Assembly: GCA_000431135.1 (NCBI GenBank)
Contig: HF987891.1
Location: 7,286 to 71,285 of the forward strand
Reading direction: 5' to 3'
Length of the DNA: 64,000 bases
From: Clostridium sp. CAG:590
Lineage (GTDB): Bacteria > Bacillota > Clostridia > Lachnospirales > Lachnospiraceae
Part shown: in pieces, positions 30,050-39,282 of the stretch
Layout: each line of letters opens with the position of its first letter
How positions within the stretch are numbered: the stretch's first letter is position 1
Translations under genes and position numbers: made by a program
The notes under the pieces: model-generated
The model's input: the letters and a program-made list of their open reading frames with translations, nothing else
What the model was told of the DNA's origin: nothing
The model's database searches: none

Positions 30050-31063
30050 ATGTATGGATTTGAGAATGAAACATATTTAAGTGTATTGAATGGAGCAGTT
30101 AACAATATTCCAAAGATTGCAGAGGTGGTTGATCAGGCATATGCAAAGGGATATGACAATGTATTTTTAGTAGGAACCGGCGGAACTTATTCTATGGTAA
30201 GCCCTCTTGCTTATATGTTGAAGACCAATTCTACAGTGGAATGGTATTATGAGATCGCAGCCGAGTTAGTAGCTGCAAAGCCAAAGAAGTTATCCGATCG
30301 TTCGCTTCTTATTACAGCGTCTCTTTCCGGTACAACCAAGGAGACGATCGCAGCAGCAGAATATGCGAAGAGTGTAGGAGCACAGGTAATCTCCTTTGTA
30401 GGAGAAGAGGATTGTCCACTTGGTGCAGCATCTACTTATGTGATCGCAAATGCAGCATCCAACGATAACCTGGTAGAAGATATGTATATTCACATGTTTG
30501 CGTTAGGTGCATTGATCATGAAGAAGAATGGAGAGTTCCCGGAGTGTGATCGTTTCTTAGAGACACTTAAGAAGATGCCGGAAGCATTATTGAAGGTACG
30601 TGAGCAGAATGATGAGAGAGCGTTAGCATTTGCCGAGAAGCACAAGGATACGAAGTTCCATATGTGTATCGGAGCCGGTAATACATGGGGTGAGACATAT
30701 TGTTTTGCTATGTGTGTATTAGAGGAGATGCAGTGGATCGCAACCAAGTCTATTCATGCTGCAGAGTTCTTCCATGGAACAATTGAGATGACAGAGAAGG
30801 ATATGAGTTTCATGTTATTCAAGGGTGAAGATGAGACCCGCCCATTGGTTGACAGAGTAGAGGCATTTGTGAGAAGATATTCAGACGTAGTAGAAGTATG
30901 GGATACCAAAGATTACAAGTTAGAGGGCATCGATGAAGATATGAGAAAGTTTGTCGCACCGATGGTATTGGCAGCTCAGAATGAGAGAATCAGTGCTCAT
31001 TTTGAACATGTCAGAGATCATAATCTGGATATCAGAAGATATTATAGAACAGTAGAATATTAG
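30050..31063 (+). CDS. Double-SIS-domain sugar-phosphate isomerase/deglycase (AgaS/FrlB/GfrF-like)
   Basis: 337 aa; two SIS folds (VFLVGTGGTYS ...); first gene of the PTS operon. Confidence 0.7.
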   Translation: MYGFENETYLSVLNGAVNNIPKIAEVVDQAYAKGYDNVFLVGTGGTYSMVSPLAYMLKTNSTVEWYYEIAAELVAAKPKKLSDRSLLITASLSGTTKETIAAAEYAKSVGAQVISFVGEEDCPLGAASTYVIANAASNDNLVEDMYIHMFALGALIMKKNGEFPECDRFLETLKKMPEALLKVREQNDERALAFAEKHKDTKFHMCIGAGNTWGETYCFAMCVLEEMQWIATKSIHAAEFFHGTIEMTEKDMSFMLFKGEDETRPLVDRVEAFVRRYSDVVEVWDTKDYKLEGIDEDMRKFVAPMVLAAQNERISAHFEHVRDHNLDIRRYYRTVEY

Positions 31064-31078
31064 AATCAGATAGGAGAG

Positions 31079-31510
31079 ATGGCGATGAGAAGATTATTGA
31101 TAGCAACGCATGGCAGATTTGCGGAAGGAATCAAAGAGACATTGAACTTTATATTGGGACAGACGCAGGCTGTCGATGTGATCTGTGCTTATGTAGAACC
31201 GGATTTTGATATGGACCGGGTTGCAAAAGAACAGATGGAAGCATTGTCAGAACAGGATGAGCTGATCGTAGCTGCAGACCTGTTTGGCGGAAGTGTTGCC
31301 AATAAGTTCTCAGAGTATATCTCAAACGGTAACGTATATGTAATTACAGGAATGAACCTTCCTTTGCTGATCGAACTGACCGGTTCGTTGGAGGATGACA
31401 GACCGGTAGAAGAGATTATTGCAGAGGCAATTGAGTCGGCGAAGGAAGGTATTGTGAATGTGAACCAGGTGTTGGGAGAGGCATTGGATACAGAGGAGGA
31501 TGATTTTTAA
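31079..31510 (+). CDS. PTS mannose-family EIIA
   Basis: 143 aa; LLIATHGRFA phosphohistidine region. Confidence 0.75.
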   Translation: MAMRRLLIATHGRFAEGIKETLNFILGQTQAVDVICAYVEPDFDMDRVAKEQMEALSEQDELIVAADLFGGSVANKFSEYISNGNVYVITGMNLPLLIELTGSLEDDRPVEEIIAEAIESAKEGIVNVNQVLGEALDTEEDDF

Positions 31511-31980
31511 TGGTTAAATTAGTAAGAGTGGATGAAAGATTAGTACATGGTCAGGTTGCATTTGCATGGACCAATTCCTTAGCGGCAGATTGTATATTTG
31601 TAGTAAATGATGCCGTGTCAAAAGACAAGTTAAGAGCAACTTCTCTGAAATTAGCAGCTCCGGCAGGTGTGAAGTTTGTTGCCAAGTCAGTCGATGATGC
31701 GATTGCAGCATTGAAGTCCGGCAAGACAGATAAGTATAAGCTGTTCATTGTTGTGGATAACACGGCAGATGCACTTCGCCTGGTCAAGGAGGTAGAAGCT
31801 GTAGATCACATTAATCTTGGCAATATGAAGGTGAAAGACGGAACGAAGACGTGGACGAATTCGATTGCCGTAACAGATGCAGATATTTCCAATATTAAGG
31901 AGATGATCGCAGCGGGTGCTGAAGTTGAATGCCGACCGGTTCCAACAGAGAAGAAGATCATGGCAGAAAGCCTGATCTAG
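31510..31980 (+). CDS. PTS mannose/sorbose-family EIIB
   Basis: 156 aa; RVDERLVHGQV active-site His. Confidence 0.85.
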   Translation: MVKLVRVDERLVHGQVAFAWTNSLAADCIFVVNDAVSKDKLRATSLKLAAPAGVKFVAKSVDDAIAALKSGKTDKYKLFIVVDNTADALRLVKEVEAVDHINLGNMKVKDGTKTWTNSIAVTDADISNIKEMIAAGAEVECRPVPTEKKIMAESLI

Positions 31981-31996
31981 AGGAAGGAGATTATAT

Positions 31997-32749
31997 ATGG
32001 TAGTAAAAGCATTATTAGTGGCATTAGTGGCATTTTTGGCATCCATTGACGAGCAGACCTTTGGTGCCTGCATGATGTCACGTCCATTATTTACAGGTCC
32101 GATCATTGGTTTGATCATGGGAGATATGACAACAGGAATTATTATGGGTGCATCGTTAGAGGCCATGTTCATGGGTTCCATTATGGTAGGAAGTGCGGTT
32201 CCTCCGGAGGTATATGCATCAAGTGTACTTAGTATTGCGGTAGCAATTCAATCCGGAGCCGGTGTCGGAACTGCTGTTGCGTTAGCACTTCCGTTATCTG
32301 TTTTCTTACAGATGTGGAGAAACTTCTGTTATGCGATTCCGGGAAGCTGGGCAGGTAAGCAGATTGATAAGGCGGTAAATGAGAGAAACTTAAAGAAGGC
32401 CAATCTGTTACATTTAACAGTGGTACCATTGTCGATCGGTATTCCGTCAGCACTGCTTGTATTCGTTGCGGTGGCATTTGGTGCAGATACGATCAATAGT
32501 GTATTGAATCTGATTCCGGATGTAGTAATGGATGGTTTCAATGTAGCAGCGGGAGTTCTGTCCTGTGTAGGACTTGCTCTGTTAATTAAGATGATGTCTA
32601 ACAATAAGATCATGCCATTTTTATTCATTGGCTTTATTGCCGTTATGTACCTTGGAATGGATGTAATCGGAGTAGCGGTTGCCGGACTTTGTATGGCATT
32701 GATTGCAGTTAACAGCATGAAATTTGAAGAAGCAGAGGAGGATTTCTAA
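31997..32749 (+). CDS. PTS mannose-family EIIC
   Basis: 250 aa polytopic membrane protein, EIIC-Man topology. Confidence 0.8.
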   Translation: MVVKALLVALVAFLASIDEQTFGACMMSRPLFTGPIIGLIMGDMTTGIIMGASLEAMFMGSIMVGSAVPPEVYASSVLSIAVAIQSGAGVGTAVALALPLSVFLQMWRNFCYAIPGSWAGKQIDKAVNERNLKKANLLHLTVVPLSIGIPSALLVFVAVAFGADTINSVLNLIPDVVMDGFNVAAGVLSCVGLALLIKMMSNNKIMPFLFIGFIAVMYLGMDVIGVAVAGLCMALIAVNSMKFEEAEEDF

Positions 32750-33573
32750 TGGAGAAGAAAGAACAACAATCAACAGAGATTATGACAGCCAAAGACTATC
32801 GGAGCATTTTCTGGAGATCCTTCACGATTCAAAGCTCCTGGTCATTTGATAAAATGATGGCATATGGATATATGTATGCAATTGAGAAACCGCTTCGTAA
32901 GATATATCCGAATGATGATGATTTCTATGCAGCACTGAAACGGCATACCGAAACCTTTAATATTACACCACATGTATCACCTTTTGTAATGACATTAGGT
33001 GTTGCCATGGAAGAAGAAAATGCAAAGAATAAGGATTTTGATACAGAATCCATCAATAATGTTAAGGTAGGTCTGATGGGACCGTTGTCCGGAATTGGCG
33101 ATTCTTTCTTCTGGGGAACATTCCGTGTCATTGCTGCAGGTATTGGTATCGGACTTGCAAAGCAGGGAAATATATTGGGAGCAATTCTGTATTTTCTGAT
33201 CTATACCTCTATTCATTTCCTGACCAAGATCCTTGCAGGAAAATATGGATATAAACTGGGTACCAAGTTCTTAGAGAATGCTTCCGAAAATCATATGATG
33301 GAGAAGTTATCTTATGGAGCATCCATACTTGGATTAACTGTAATTGGTGCCATGATCGGTACAATGGTCTCGCTACAGACAACATTATCCTTTACCCTGT
33401 CGGGGACAGAGACTACGTTGCAATCGATCTTTGATCAGATATTCCCGGGATTATTACCTCTTGGGGCAACCTTCTTATGCGTATGGCTATATAAGAAGAA
33501 TGTGAAGACAATATATATTATTCTTGGAATCTTTGTATTGAGTATTCTTGGATGTATGATAGGAATTTTCTAG
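32749..33573 (+). CDS. PTS mannose-family EIID
   Basis: 274 aa; EIID-like N-terminal amphipathic segment and C-terminal TM. Confidence 0.8.
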   Translation: MEKKEQQSTEIMTAKDYRSIFWRSFTIQSSWSFDKMMAYGYMYAIEKPLRKIYPNDDDFYAALKRHTETFNITPHVSPFVMTLGVAMEEENAKNKDFDTESINNVKVGLMGPLSGIGDSFFWGTFRVIAAGIGIGLAKQGNILGAILYFLIYTSIHFLTKILAGKYGYKLGTKFLENASENHMMEKLSYGASILGLTVIGAMIGTMVSLQTTLSFTLSGTETTLQSIFDQIFPGLLPLGATFLCVWLYKKNVKTIYIILGIFVLSILGCMIGIF

Positions 33574-33574
33574 T

Positions 33575-34225
33575 ATGTTAGTTATATTTGATATTGATGG
33601 AACCCTGAACATGACAGAGACATATGGTATTGCCGCATATCATAAAGCATTAGAACAGATGGGAGCGGATCATTTTACGGATGAACAGCTGCGTGACCGT
33701 ATCGGTGCAACCTTTACAGAGGATGTAAAGTACTTCTTTGGAGAGAGAGCAGAGGAACTGATAGATGAATTCTCTGCGTTAATTGAGCAATTATGGTTTG
33801 CAGAGGTAGAAGAAAAGGCACAGTTGTTTCCGGGTGTCTTGCAAATGTTACATAGTCTGAAGGAGAATGGACATCAGCTGGCCATCTGTTCAAATGCAAC
33901 AGAAGAAGAGATTGCAGTTATTCTTAAGGCTTTGCGTATAGAGCAGGAGTTTGAACATGTGCAGGGTCTTACTCCGAAAGACAGTAAAGCGGATAGTCTC
34001 CGGGTATTATTACAACGTGTTCAGCCGGAACAGGCTGTTATGGTTGGCGACCGGTTTTATGATATGCAGGCAGCCAATGGGAATCATATCCCGTTCATAG
34101 GGTGTCTGTATGGATATGGAGCAGAACGTGAATTGGATGCGGCACGATATTGTGTTGCGGAACCATGTGAGATTCCAATTGTTGTAGAGCGGATGGCAGC
34201 CAATAAGAATAAGGTTTCCGTATAG
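33575..34225 (+). CDS. HAD-family phosphatase
   Basis: MLVIFDIDGTL motif I; 216 aa; last gene of the PTS operon. Confidence 0.75.
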   Translation: MLVIFDIDGTLNMTETYGIAAYHKALEQMGADHFTDEQLRDRIGATFTEDVKYFFGERAEELIDEFSALIEQLWFAEVEEKAQLFPGVLQMLHSLKENGHQLAICSNATEEEIAVILKALRIEQEFEHVQGLTPKDSKADSLRVLLQRVQPEQAVMVGDRFYDMQAANGNHIPFIGCLYGYGAERELDAARYCVAEPCEIPIVVERMAANKNKVSV

Positions 34226-34377
34226 TAAGTAAAACGAGTTAATATATAATATTAACAAATTTAAAGATAAGTTTAAGTAGATTTTACCTGTTTTCTCTTG
34301 CGTAATCTATGCATCTACAGTATAATAATACATACTTCGACGTGATTCGGAGAATATTATATAATGAGGTGGAAGAT

Positions 34378-34812
34378 ATGTATAGTTATGATTCAGCTAT
34401 GTTGGCAGCCGTTGCGGGTATGCTTGGTGTGATCGTAGTAGCGATGATTGTGTGGATTATAATTGCAGTTATCGCGAACTGGAGAATTTTTACGAAAGCC
34501 GGAGAAGATGGATGGAAGTGTTTAATTCCGTTTTACAATCAGTATGTACGGTTTGGTTTTACCTGGGACACTACATATTTCTGGGTTGTTTTGGGAATTG
34601 CAGTAGTGGGCAGCATTATTACAGCCCTTAAGATTCCGGTAATCGGTTCATTGCTGAGTATTGCAAGTGCAGTGATCAATATCATTTCCCTGCATAAGTT
34701 ATCTAAGGCGTTTGGTCATGATGTAGGATTTACATTAGGCTTAATCTTTTTGAATCCAATCTTTATTTTGATCCTTGCATTTGGTGGATCAGAATACATT
34801 GGACCACAGTAA
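34378..34812 (+). CDS. Small polytopic membrane protein, unknown function
   Basis: Start at ATG 34378 (GAGGTGGA RBS); three or more TM helices; WKCLIPFYNQYV motif. Confidence 0.5.
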   Translation: MYSYDSAMLAAVAGMLGVIVVAMIVWIIIAVIANWRIFTKAGEDGWKCLIPFYNQYVRFGFTWDTTYFWVVLGIAVVGSIITALKIPVIGSLLSIASAVINIISLHKLSKAFGHDVGFTLGLIFLNPIFILILAFGGSEYIGPQ

Positions 34813-34844
34813 GAAATTACTGTACAAACAATTTGAAAGAAGTT

Positions 34845-34885
34845 ATAATAATGCGTGAGTGTGATTGCTCACGCATTATTTGTGT
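34845..34885 (+). terminator. Rho-independent terminator
   Basis: AATGCGTGAG-tgtgattg-CTCACGCATT followed by a T-tract. Confidence 0.55.
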
Positions 34886-34940
34886 ATAATGAGGAATTGT
34901 GATACGCAATTTCCTGAAAGAAACGATATAGGAGGCAATT

Positions 34941-36734
34941 ATGGCAGAGTCAATGAAGGGGTTGCACAGAACCCACAGATGTACAGAAGTCAGTAGCAAG
35001 AATGTTAATGAGACCGTTACCGTAATGGGATGGGTGCAGAAGAGTCGTAACAAGGGTGGTATCATTTTTGTGGATCTTCGTGACCGCAGCGGTATCTTGC
35101 AGGTAATCTTTGAAGAGGATAAATGTGGCAGTGAGAGTTTTGCAAAGGCAGAGAAGTTAAGAAGTGAATATGTCGTTGCGATTACAGGTGAGGTTGCACT
35201 TCGTGCAGGTGGAATCAATAAGAACTTGGCAACTGGTGATATTGAGATCATTGCAAAGGATATCCGGATTCTTTCCGAGGCGGAGACACCTCCATTTCCA
35301 ATTGAGGAGAATTCCAAGACAAAGGAAGAAGTTCGTCTGAAGTATCGTACGTTAGATCTTCGCCGCCCGGATTTACAGCGTAATCTGATCCTTAGAAGCA
35401 AGGTAGTAAGCATTATCCGTAACTTCTTAGCAGAAGAAGGATTTTTGGAGATCGAGACACCAATTCTTAATAAGTCAACTCCGGAGGGAGCAAGAGATTA
35501 TCTGGTGCCAAGCCGTGTGCATCCGGGAAGCTTCTATGCGTTGCCACAGTCACCACAGATCTTCAAGCAGTTGTTGATGGCAGCCGGATATGACCGTTAT
35601 TATCAGGTGGCCAAATGTTTCCGTGACGAGGATCTTCGTGCAGACCGTCAGCCGGAATTCACACAGATTGATATGGAGTTATCTTTTGTAGATATTGAAG
35701 ACGTATTAGATGTCAATGAGCGTTTACTTGCCAGAGTATTCAAAGAGGCAATTGGCGTAGACGTGCCGCTTCCGCTTCAGAGAATGACCTGGGCAGAGGC
35801 AATGGAACGGTTTGGTTCCGATAAGCCGGATATCCGTTTTGGTATGGAATTAGTCAATGTAACGGATGTGGTAAAGGATTGTGACTTTGTTGTATTCAAG
35901 GGAGCAATCGAGAATGGTGGTTCTGTCCGTGGTATCAATGTCAAGGGACAGGGTGCAATGCCGCGTAAGAAGATTGATGCTTTAGTGGATTTTGCAAAGG
36001 GTTATGGTGCAAAGGGTCTTGCTTATATTGCAATTCATGAAGATGGAAGTATCAAGTCTTCCTTTGCCAAGTTCATGAAGGATGAAGAGATGGACGCTTT
36101 GGTGAAGGCAATGGACGGACAGCCGGGAGATCTGTTATTATTTGCGGCTGACCGGGATAAGATCGTATTCTCCGTACTTGGAGCATTACGTTGCGAGCTG
36201 GCAGACCAGTTAGAGTTGGTAAGTAAGGATGATTATCGTTTCTTATGGGTAACGGAGTTCCCTGTATTTGAGTGGTCCGATGAAGAGAACCGCTATATGG
36301 CAATGCATCATCCATTTACCATGCCAATGGAAGAAGATCTTGACCTGTTAGATAGCGATATGGGTAAGGCAAGAGCCAAAGCATATGATATCGTTTTAAA
36401 TGGTGTCGAGCTTGGTGGTGGTTCTGTCCGTATCCATCAGGACGATATTCAGGAGAAGATGTTCAAGCTTCTCGGAATCAGTGAAGAAGATGCACATGAC
36501 CGTTTTGGATTCCTGTTGACAGCATTTAAGTATGGTGTACCACCACACGCAGGATTAGCATTTGGATTAGACCGTATGATCATGTTAATGACCGGAGCAG
36601 ATTCTATCCGTGACGTGATCGCATTCCCGAAAGTAAAAGATGCTAGCTGTCTGATGAGTAATGCACCGGATAAGGTAGATGCCAAGCAGTTAGAGGAACT
36701 TTGTATTAAGGTAGAGATACCGGCAGAGGAATAA
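34941..36734 (+). CDS. aspS: Aspartate--tRNA ligase
   Basis: 597 aa; class IIb aaRS with OB-fold, QSPQ, FRDEDLRADRQPEFTQID, GGGSVRIH. Confidence 0.92.
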   Translation: MAESMKGLHRTHRCTEVSSKNVNETVTVMGWVQKSRNKGGIIFVDLRDRSGILQVIFEEDKCGSESFAKAEKLRSEYVVAITGEVALRAGGINKNLATGDIEIIAKDIRILSEAETPPFPIEENSKTKEEVRLKYRTLDLRRPDLQRNLILRSKVVSIIRNFLAEEGFLEIETPILNKSTPEGARDYLVPSRVHPGSFYALPQSPQIFKQLLMAAGYDRYYQVAKCFRDEDLRADRQPEFTQIDMELSFVDIEDVLDVNERLLARVFKEAIGVDVPLPLQRMTWAEAMERFGSDKPDIRFGMELVNVTDVVKDCDFVVFKGAIENGGSVRGINVKGQGAMPRKKIDALVDFAKGYGAKGLAYIAIHEDGSIKSSFAKFMKDEEMDALVKAMDGQPGDLLLFAADRDKIVFSVLGALRCELADQLELVSKDDYRFLWVTEFPVFEWSDEENRYMAMHHPFTMPMEEDLDLLDSDMGKARAKAYDIVLNGVELGGGSVRIHQDDIQEKMFKLLGISEEDAHDRFGFLLTAFKYGVPPHAGLAFGLDRMIMLMTGADSIRDVIAFPKVKDASCLMSNAPDKVDAKQLEELCIKVEIPAEE

Positions 36735-36742
36735 ACAAAAGC

Positions 36743-36776
36743 GAGGGATTGTTTCGTAAGAAGCAATCCCTTTTCT
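36743..36776 (+). terminator. Rho-independent terminator after aspS
   Basis: GAGGGATTG...CAATCCC + TTTT. Confidence 0.55.
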
Positions 36777-36812
36777 AGATAATAGATTGTTTTTTTGAAA
36801 GGGAGGCATTAC

Positions 36813-37373
36813 ATGGAATTCAACAGTATAGAGAAAAAGGAAGAGGGAAAGTTCATTACCCGGTATGATATTACTTATACAACAGTAGATCATAAGAAGA
36901 AAGTATATGAGATGATCAGTCGGAATAAGAATTTAACAACGCAGGAAGAACTTTCCGATCATCCGGCAGATTCCGTTGTGCTCATCATGCATGATAAGAC
37001 AGGGGAGCGATTGTTGTTAAATCGGGAATTCCGAATGGCGTGCGGAGACTTTGTATATAATTTTCCGGCGGGATTGATCGATCCGGGAGAAGAATTTATG
37101 GAAAGTGCAGCCAGAGAATTGCGGGAAGAGACAGGACTTACACTTGTACAGGTGAATGACATATTGGGTGAGAGTTTTTCTGCGATTGGTTTTTCGAATG
37201 AAAAGAATGTCTGTGTTGTTGGTGTTGCAGAAGGCGAATTTGCACCAAGTACTTCTACAGTGGAGGAGATAGAAGCGCAATGGTACACAAAAGCGGAAGT
37301 TCGCAAGCTATTGACGGAAGAATATTTTGCTGCCAGAACGCAAAGTTATTGTTATCTGTGGAGCAAAGAATAG
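36813..37373 (+). CDS. NUDIX hydrolase (ADP-ribose pyrophosphatase-like)
   Basis: Nudix box GLIDPGEEFMESAARELREETGL; start ATG 36813 with GGGAGG RBS. Confidence 0.8.
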   Translation: MEFNSIEKKEEGKFITRYDITYTTVDHKKKVYEMISRNKNLTTQEELSDHPADSVVLIMHDKTGERLLLNREFRMACGDFVYNFPAGLIDPGEEFMESAARELREETGLTLVQVNDILGESFSAIGFSNEKNVCVVGVAEGEFAPSTSTVEEIEAQWYTKAEVRKLLTEEYFAARTQSYCYLWSKE

Positions 37374-37398
37374 AGATCAATAATTTCATATAAATAAA

Positions 37399-37523
37399 AA
37401 GAAGCGAAGGATTTACCTTCGCTTCTCTTAATGAGGGGGGAGAATTCGAGTACAACTTAATGTACTCATATGAAAAGTTCTTACGATGTATAGTATATTG
37501 GGAATGTGTGAACAAAACGTGAA
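37399..37523. repeat. Repeat R1: terminator hairpin + G-tract + palindrome GAGTACA..TGTACTC; about 90% identical to R2 at 39034-39154
   Basis: gaagcgaagg-tttacc-ttcgcttc hairpin, then aatgaggggggagaattcgagtacaacttaatgtactcatatgaaaagttcttac... Confidence 0.75.
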
Positions 37524-37562
37524 GAAAATCTTTCGGTTTTGTGAAATTTATAAAAATAAAAT

Positions 37563-37590
37563 GAACCAAATAGTATTATCCAGCGTCTAA
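37563..37590 (+). promoter_or_regulatory. Putative ECF-type promoter for the sigma/anti-sigma operon
   Basis: GAAC - 17 nt - CGTCTAA, 34 nt upstream of the sigma ATG. Confidence 0.4.
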
Positions 37591-37623
37591 TCTATGTAAC
37601 CGGTTATAGAAAGAAGGGATGAA

Positions 37624-38085
37624 ATGACGAATTTGACCAAAGAAGAGCTGGAAGAGCTTATATTAGATAATCAAGAATATTTATATAGACTTGCGTTCTC
37701 TTACATGAAAAATGATGCAGATGCTCAAGATGCAGTTGGGGAAACGATTGTAGTAGCGTATGAGAGAATTTATACATTAAGAAAAAAGGAGAGTGCAAGA
37801 GCATGGCTTATGAAAATTCTGATCAATCAATGTCTATCATTGCTTCGGAAACATAAGAGAGAATCAATGTTGCCATTATCAGAAGAAGCGAGTATTCCTT
37901 TTCAATATGATGAGCTTTGGTTAGTCGTTATGGAATTACCAGTTGCTTTGCGATCAATCGTTGTATTGTACTATTATGAGCAATTTACAACCAAAGAGAT
38001 TAGTAAAATTCTTAAGATTCCGGAAGGAACTGTAAAGTCTCGTTTGTCGCGGGCAAGAGAGCAACTGTATATATTTCTTGAGTAA
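37624..38085 (+). CDS. ECF-subfamily sigma-70 factor
   Basis: 153 aa; region 2 and region 4 HTH (TTKEISKILKIPEGTVKSRLSRAR). Confidence 0.8.
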   Translation: MTNLTKEELEELILDNQEYLYRLAFSYMKNDADAQDAVGETIVVAYERIYTLRKKESARAWLMKILINQCLSLLRKHKRESMLPLSEEASIPFQYDELWLVVMELPVALRSIVVLYYYEQFTTKEISKILKIPEGTVKSRLSRAREQLYIFLE

Positions 38086-38097
38086 AGGAGGAATAGT

Positions 38098-39006
38098 ATG
38101 AATAAATCAGATGTAGAGATGGATATGGTGATTTTGGCTTATACCAATTGCCAAACGATAAATCTTCCTAACGGTTACACGGAAATGTTGAATCAGAGAA
38201 TATCGCAAGCAAAGGGAAAGGAACATTTAGACTTTTATTTAAAAAAAAGAATAGCGGTTATTGCTTTATTCTTGATATGTGTGTTTGGAGTAGGTGTCAG
38301 TTTTTCTACGGAGCACTTGTTTCAAGGAAGGGGACATTCATCACATTACACAGGGAAAAAAGATGTGAAAGATATACAAACATCTGGGGCTGAAGCAGAG
38401 GGGGTAAAAACACCGAAGAAACAGGAAAATTCGGTGGATTTTGATGCAGAGGATGTAGCAATACAAATGACGATGAATTTATTTCAAAAGCAACGGGAAG
38501 ATTTACAGGTTGTAAATAAGAATGATCAAGTATTAGATGGAGAGACACAACCAACACAATCGTACGTTTCTATATGTAGTCAGTCTGATCAGATACAATA
38601 TACAATTCAGGTAGATTTAAAGGCACAACAGGTGGTCAGTATTGATTTAGAAGGGGATATTACTAACTATGCAACTGATATATCTGAGGATCAGGAGTTA
38701 GAGCAGTCGTTATACGCACAGGCACAGACTCAAAATGATATATTTACAAAGAAGCAATACTCTGGCAGTCGATGTTATATCCAAACAACGATTGATAAAG
38801 ATTTGGGTATATTACAGCATGGTACAGTAAATTATTGCTTTGAGACCACACAGGATATGATATCTATAATCAGTTATAGCTATACAACAAACACCTTTTT
38901 CCAATATCGTTTGCTTACAAAGGAGGCATTTGAAGGATGGAAGAACCGGATGATGCAACAGTGTGAGGATAGTAAATGGGAGTTTGTATACAGGGAGATC
39001 AACTAG
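38098..39006 (+). CDS. Single-pass membrane protein, putative cognate anti-sigma factor
   Basis: 302 aa; short cytoplasmic N-terminus, TM (IAVIALFLICVFGVGV), large extracytoplasmic domain; coupled 12 nt after the sigma gene. Confidence 0.5.
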   Translation: MNKSDVEMDMVILAYTNCQTINLPNGYTEMLNQRISQAKGKEHLDFYLKKRIAVIALFLICVFGVGVSFSTEHLFQGRGHSSHYTGKKDVKDIQTSGAEAEGVKTPKKQENSVDFDAEDVAIQMTMNLFQKQREDLQVVNKNDQVLDGETQPTQSYVSICSQSDQIQYTIQVDLKAQQVVSIDLEGDITNYATDISEDQELEQSLYAQAQTQNDIFTKKQYSGSRCYIQTTIDKDLGILQHGTVNYCFETTQDMISIISYSYTTNTFFQYRLLTKEAFEGWKNRMMQQCEDSKWEFVYREIN

Positions 39007-39033
39007 AATTATTCTACAAGTATATAAAATACA

Positions 39034-39154
39034 AGAAGCGAAGGGTTTACCTTCGCTTCTTTAATGAGGGGGGAGAATTCGAGTACAACTTAATGTACTC
39101 ATATGAAAAGTTCTTACAATACATAGTATATTCAGAAACTGTGAAAAAATCGTG
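39034..39154. repeat. Repeat R2, second copy of the R1 element
   Basis: Direct comparison with 37399-37523. Confidence 0.75.
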
Positions 39155-39282
39155 TCCGAAATGTATAAGATTTGTGAATGATTTCTTAACTTTTACTTAA
39201 GAGAAGAGGTCGCAATTGCTGAATAAATTAGAAAATGCCGTCAATCCTATAAGTAACATGGAATTGGATTGGAGGCATTTTT

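Noticed and set aside
29748-30074. Upstream 109-aa extension of the HutC/GntR ORF
   Set aside because: Hydrophobic nonsense spanning the AT-rich divergent promoter region. The GntR HTH begins at the internal Met with a good RBS.
34813-34940. T-box leader upstream of aspS
   Set aside because: The gap is only about 130 nt and holds a single simple terminator hairpin. No specifier/T-box motif (AATTAGGGTGGNACCGCG) was seen.
38976-39200. 74-aa ORF spanning repeat R2
   Set aside because: Lies across the terminator/palindrome repeat with no RBS. The equivalent frame in R1 is not conserved.
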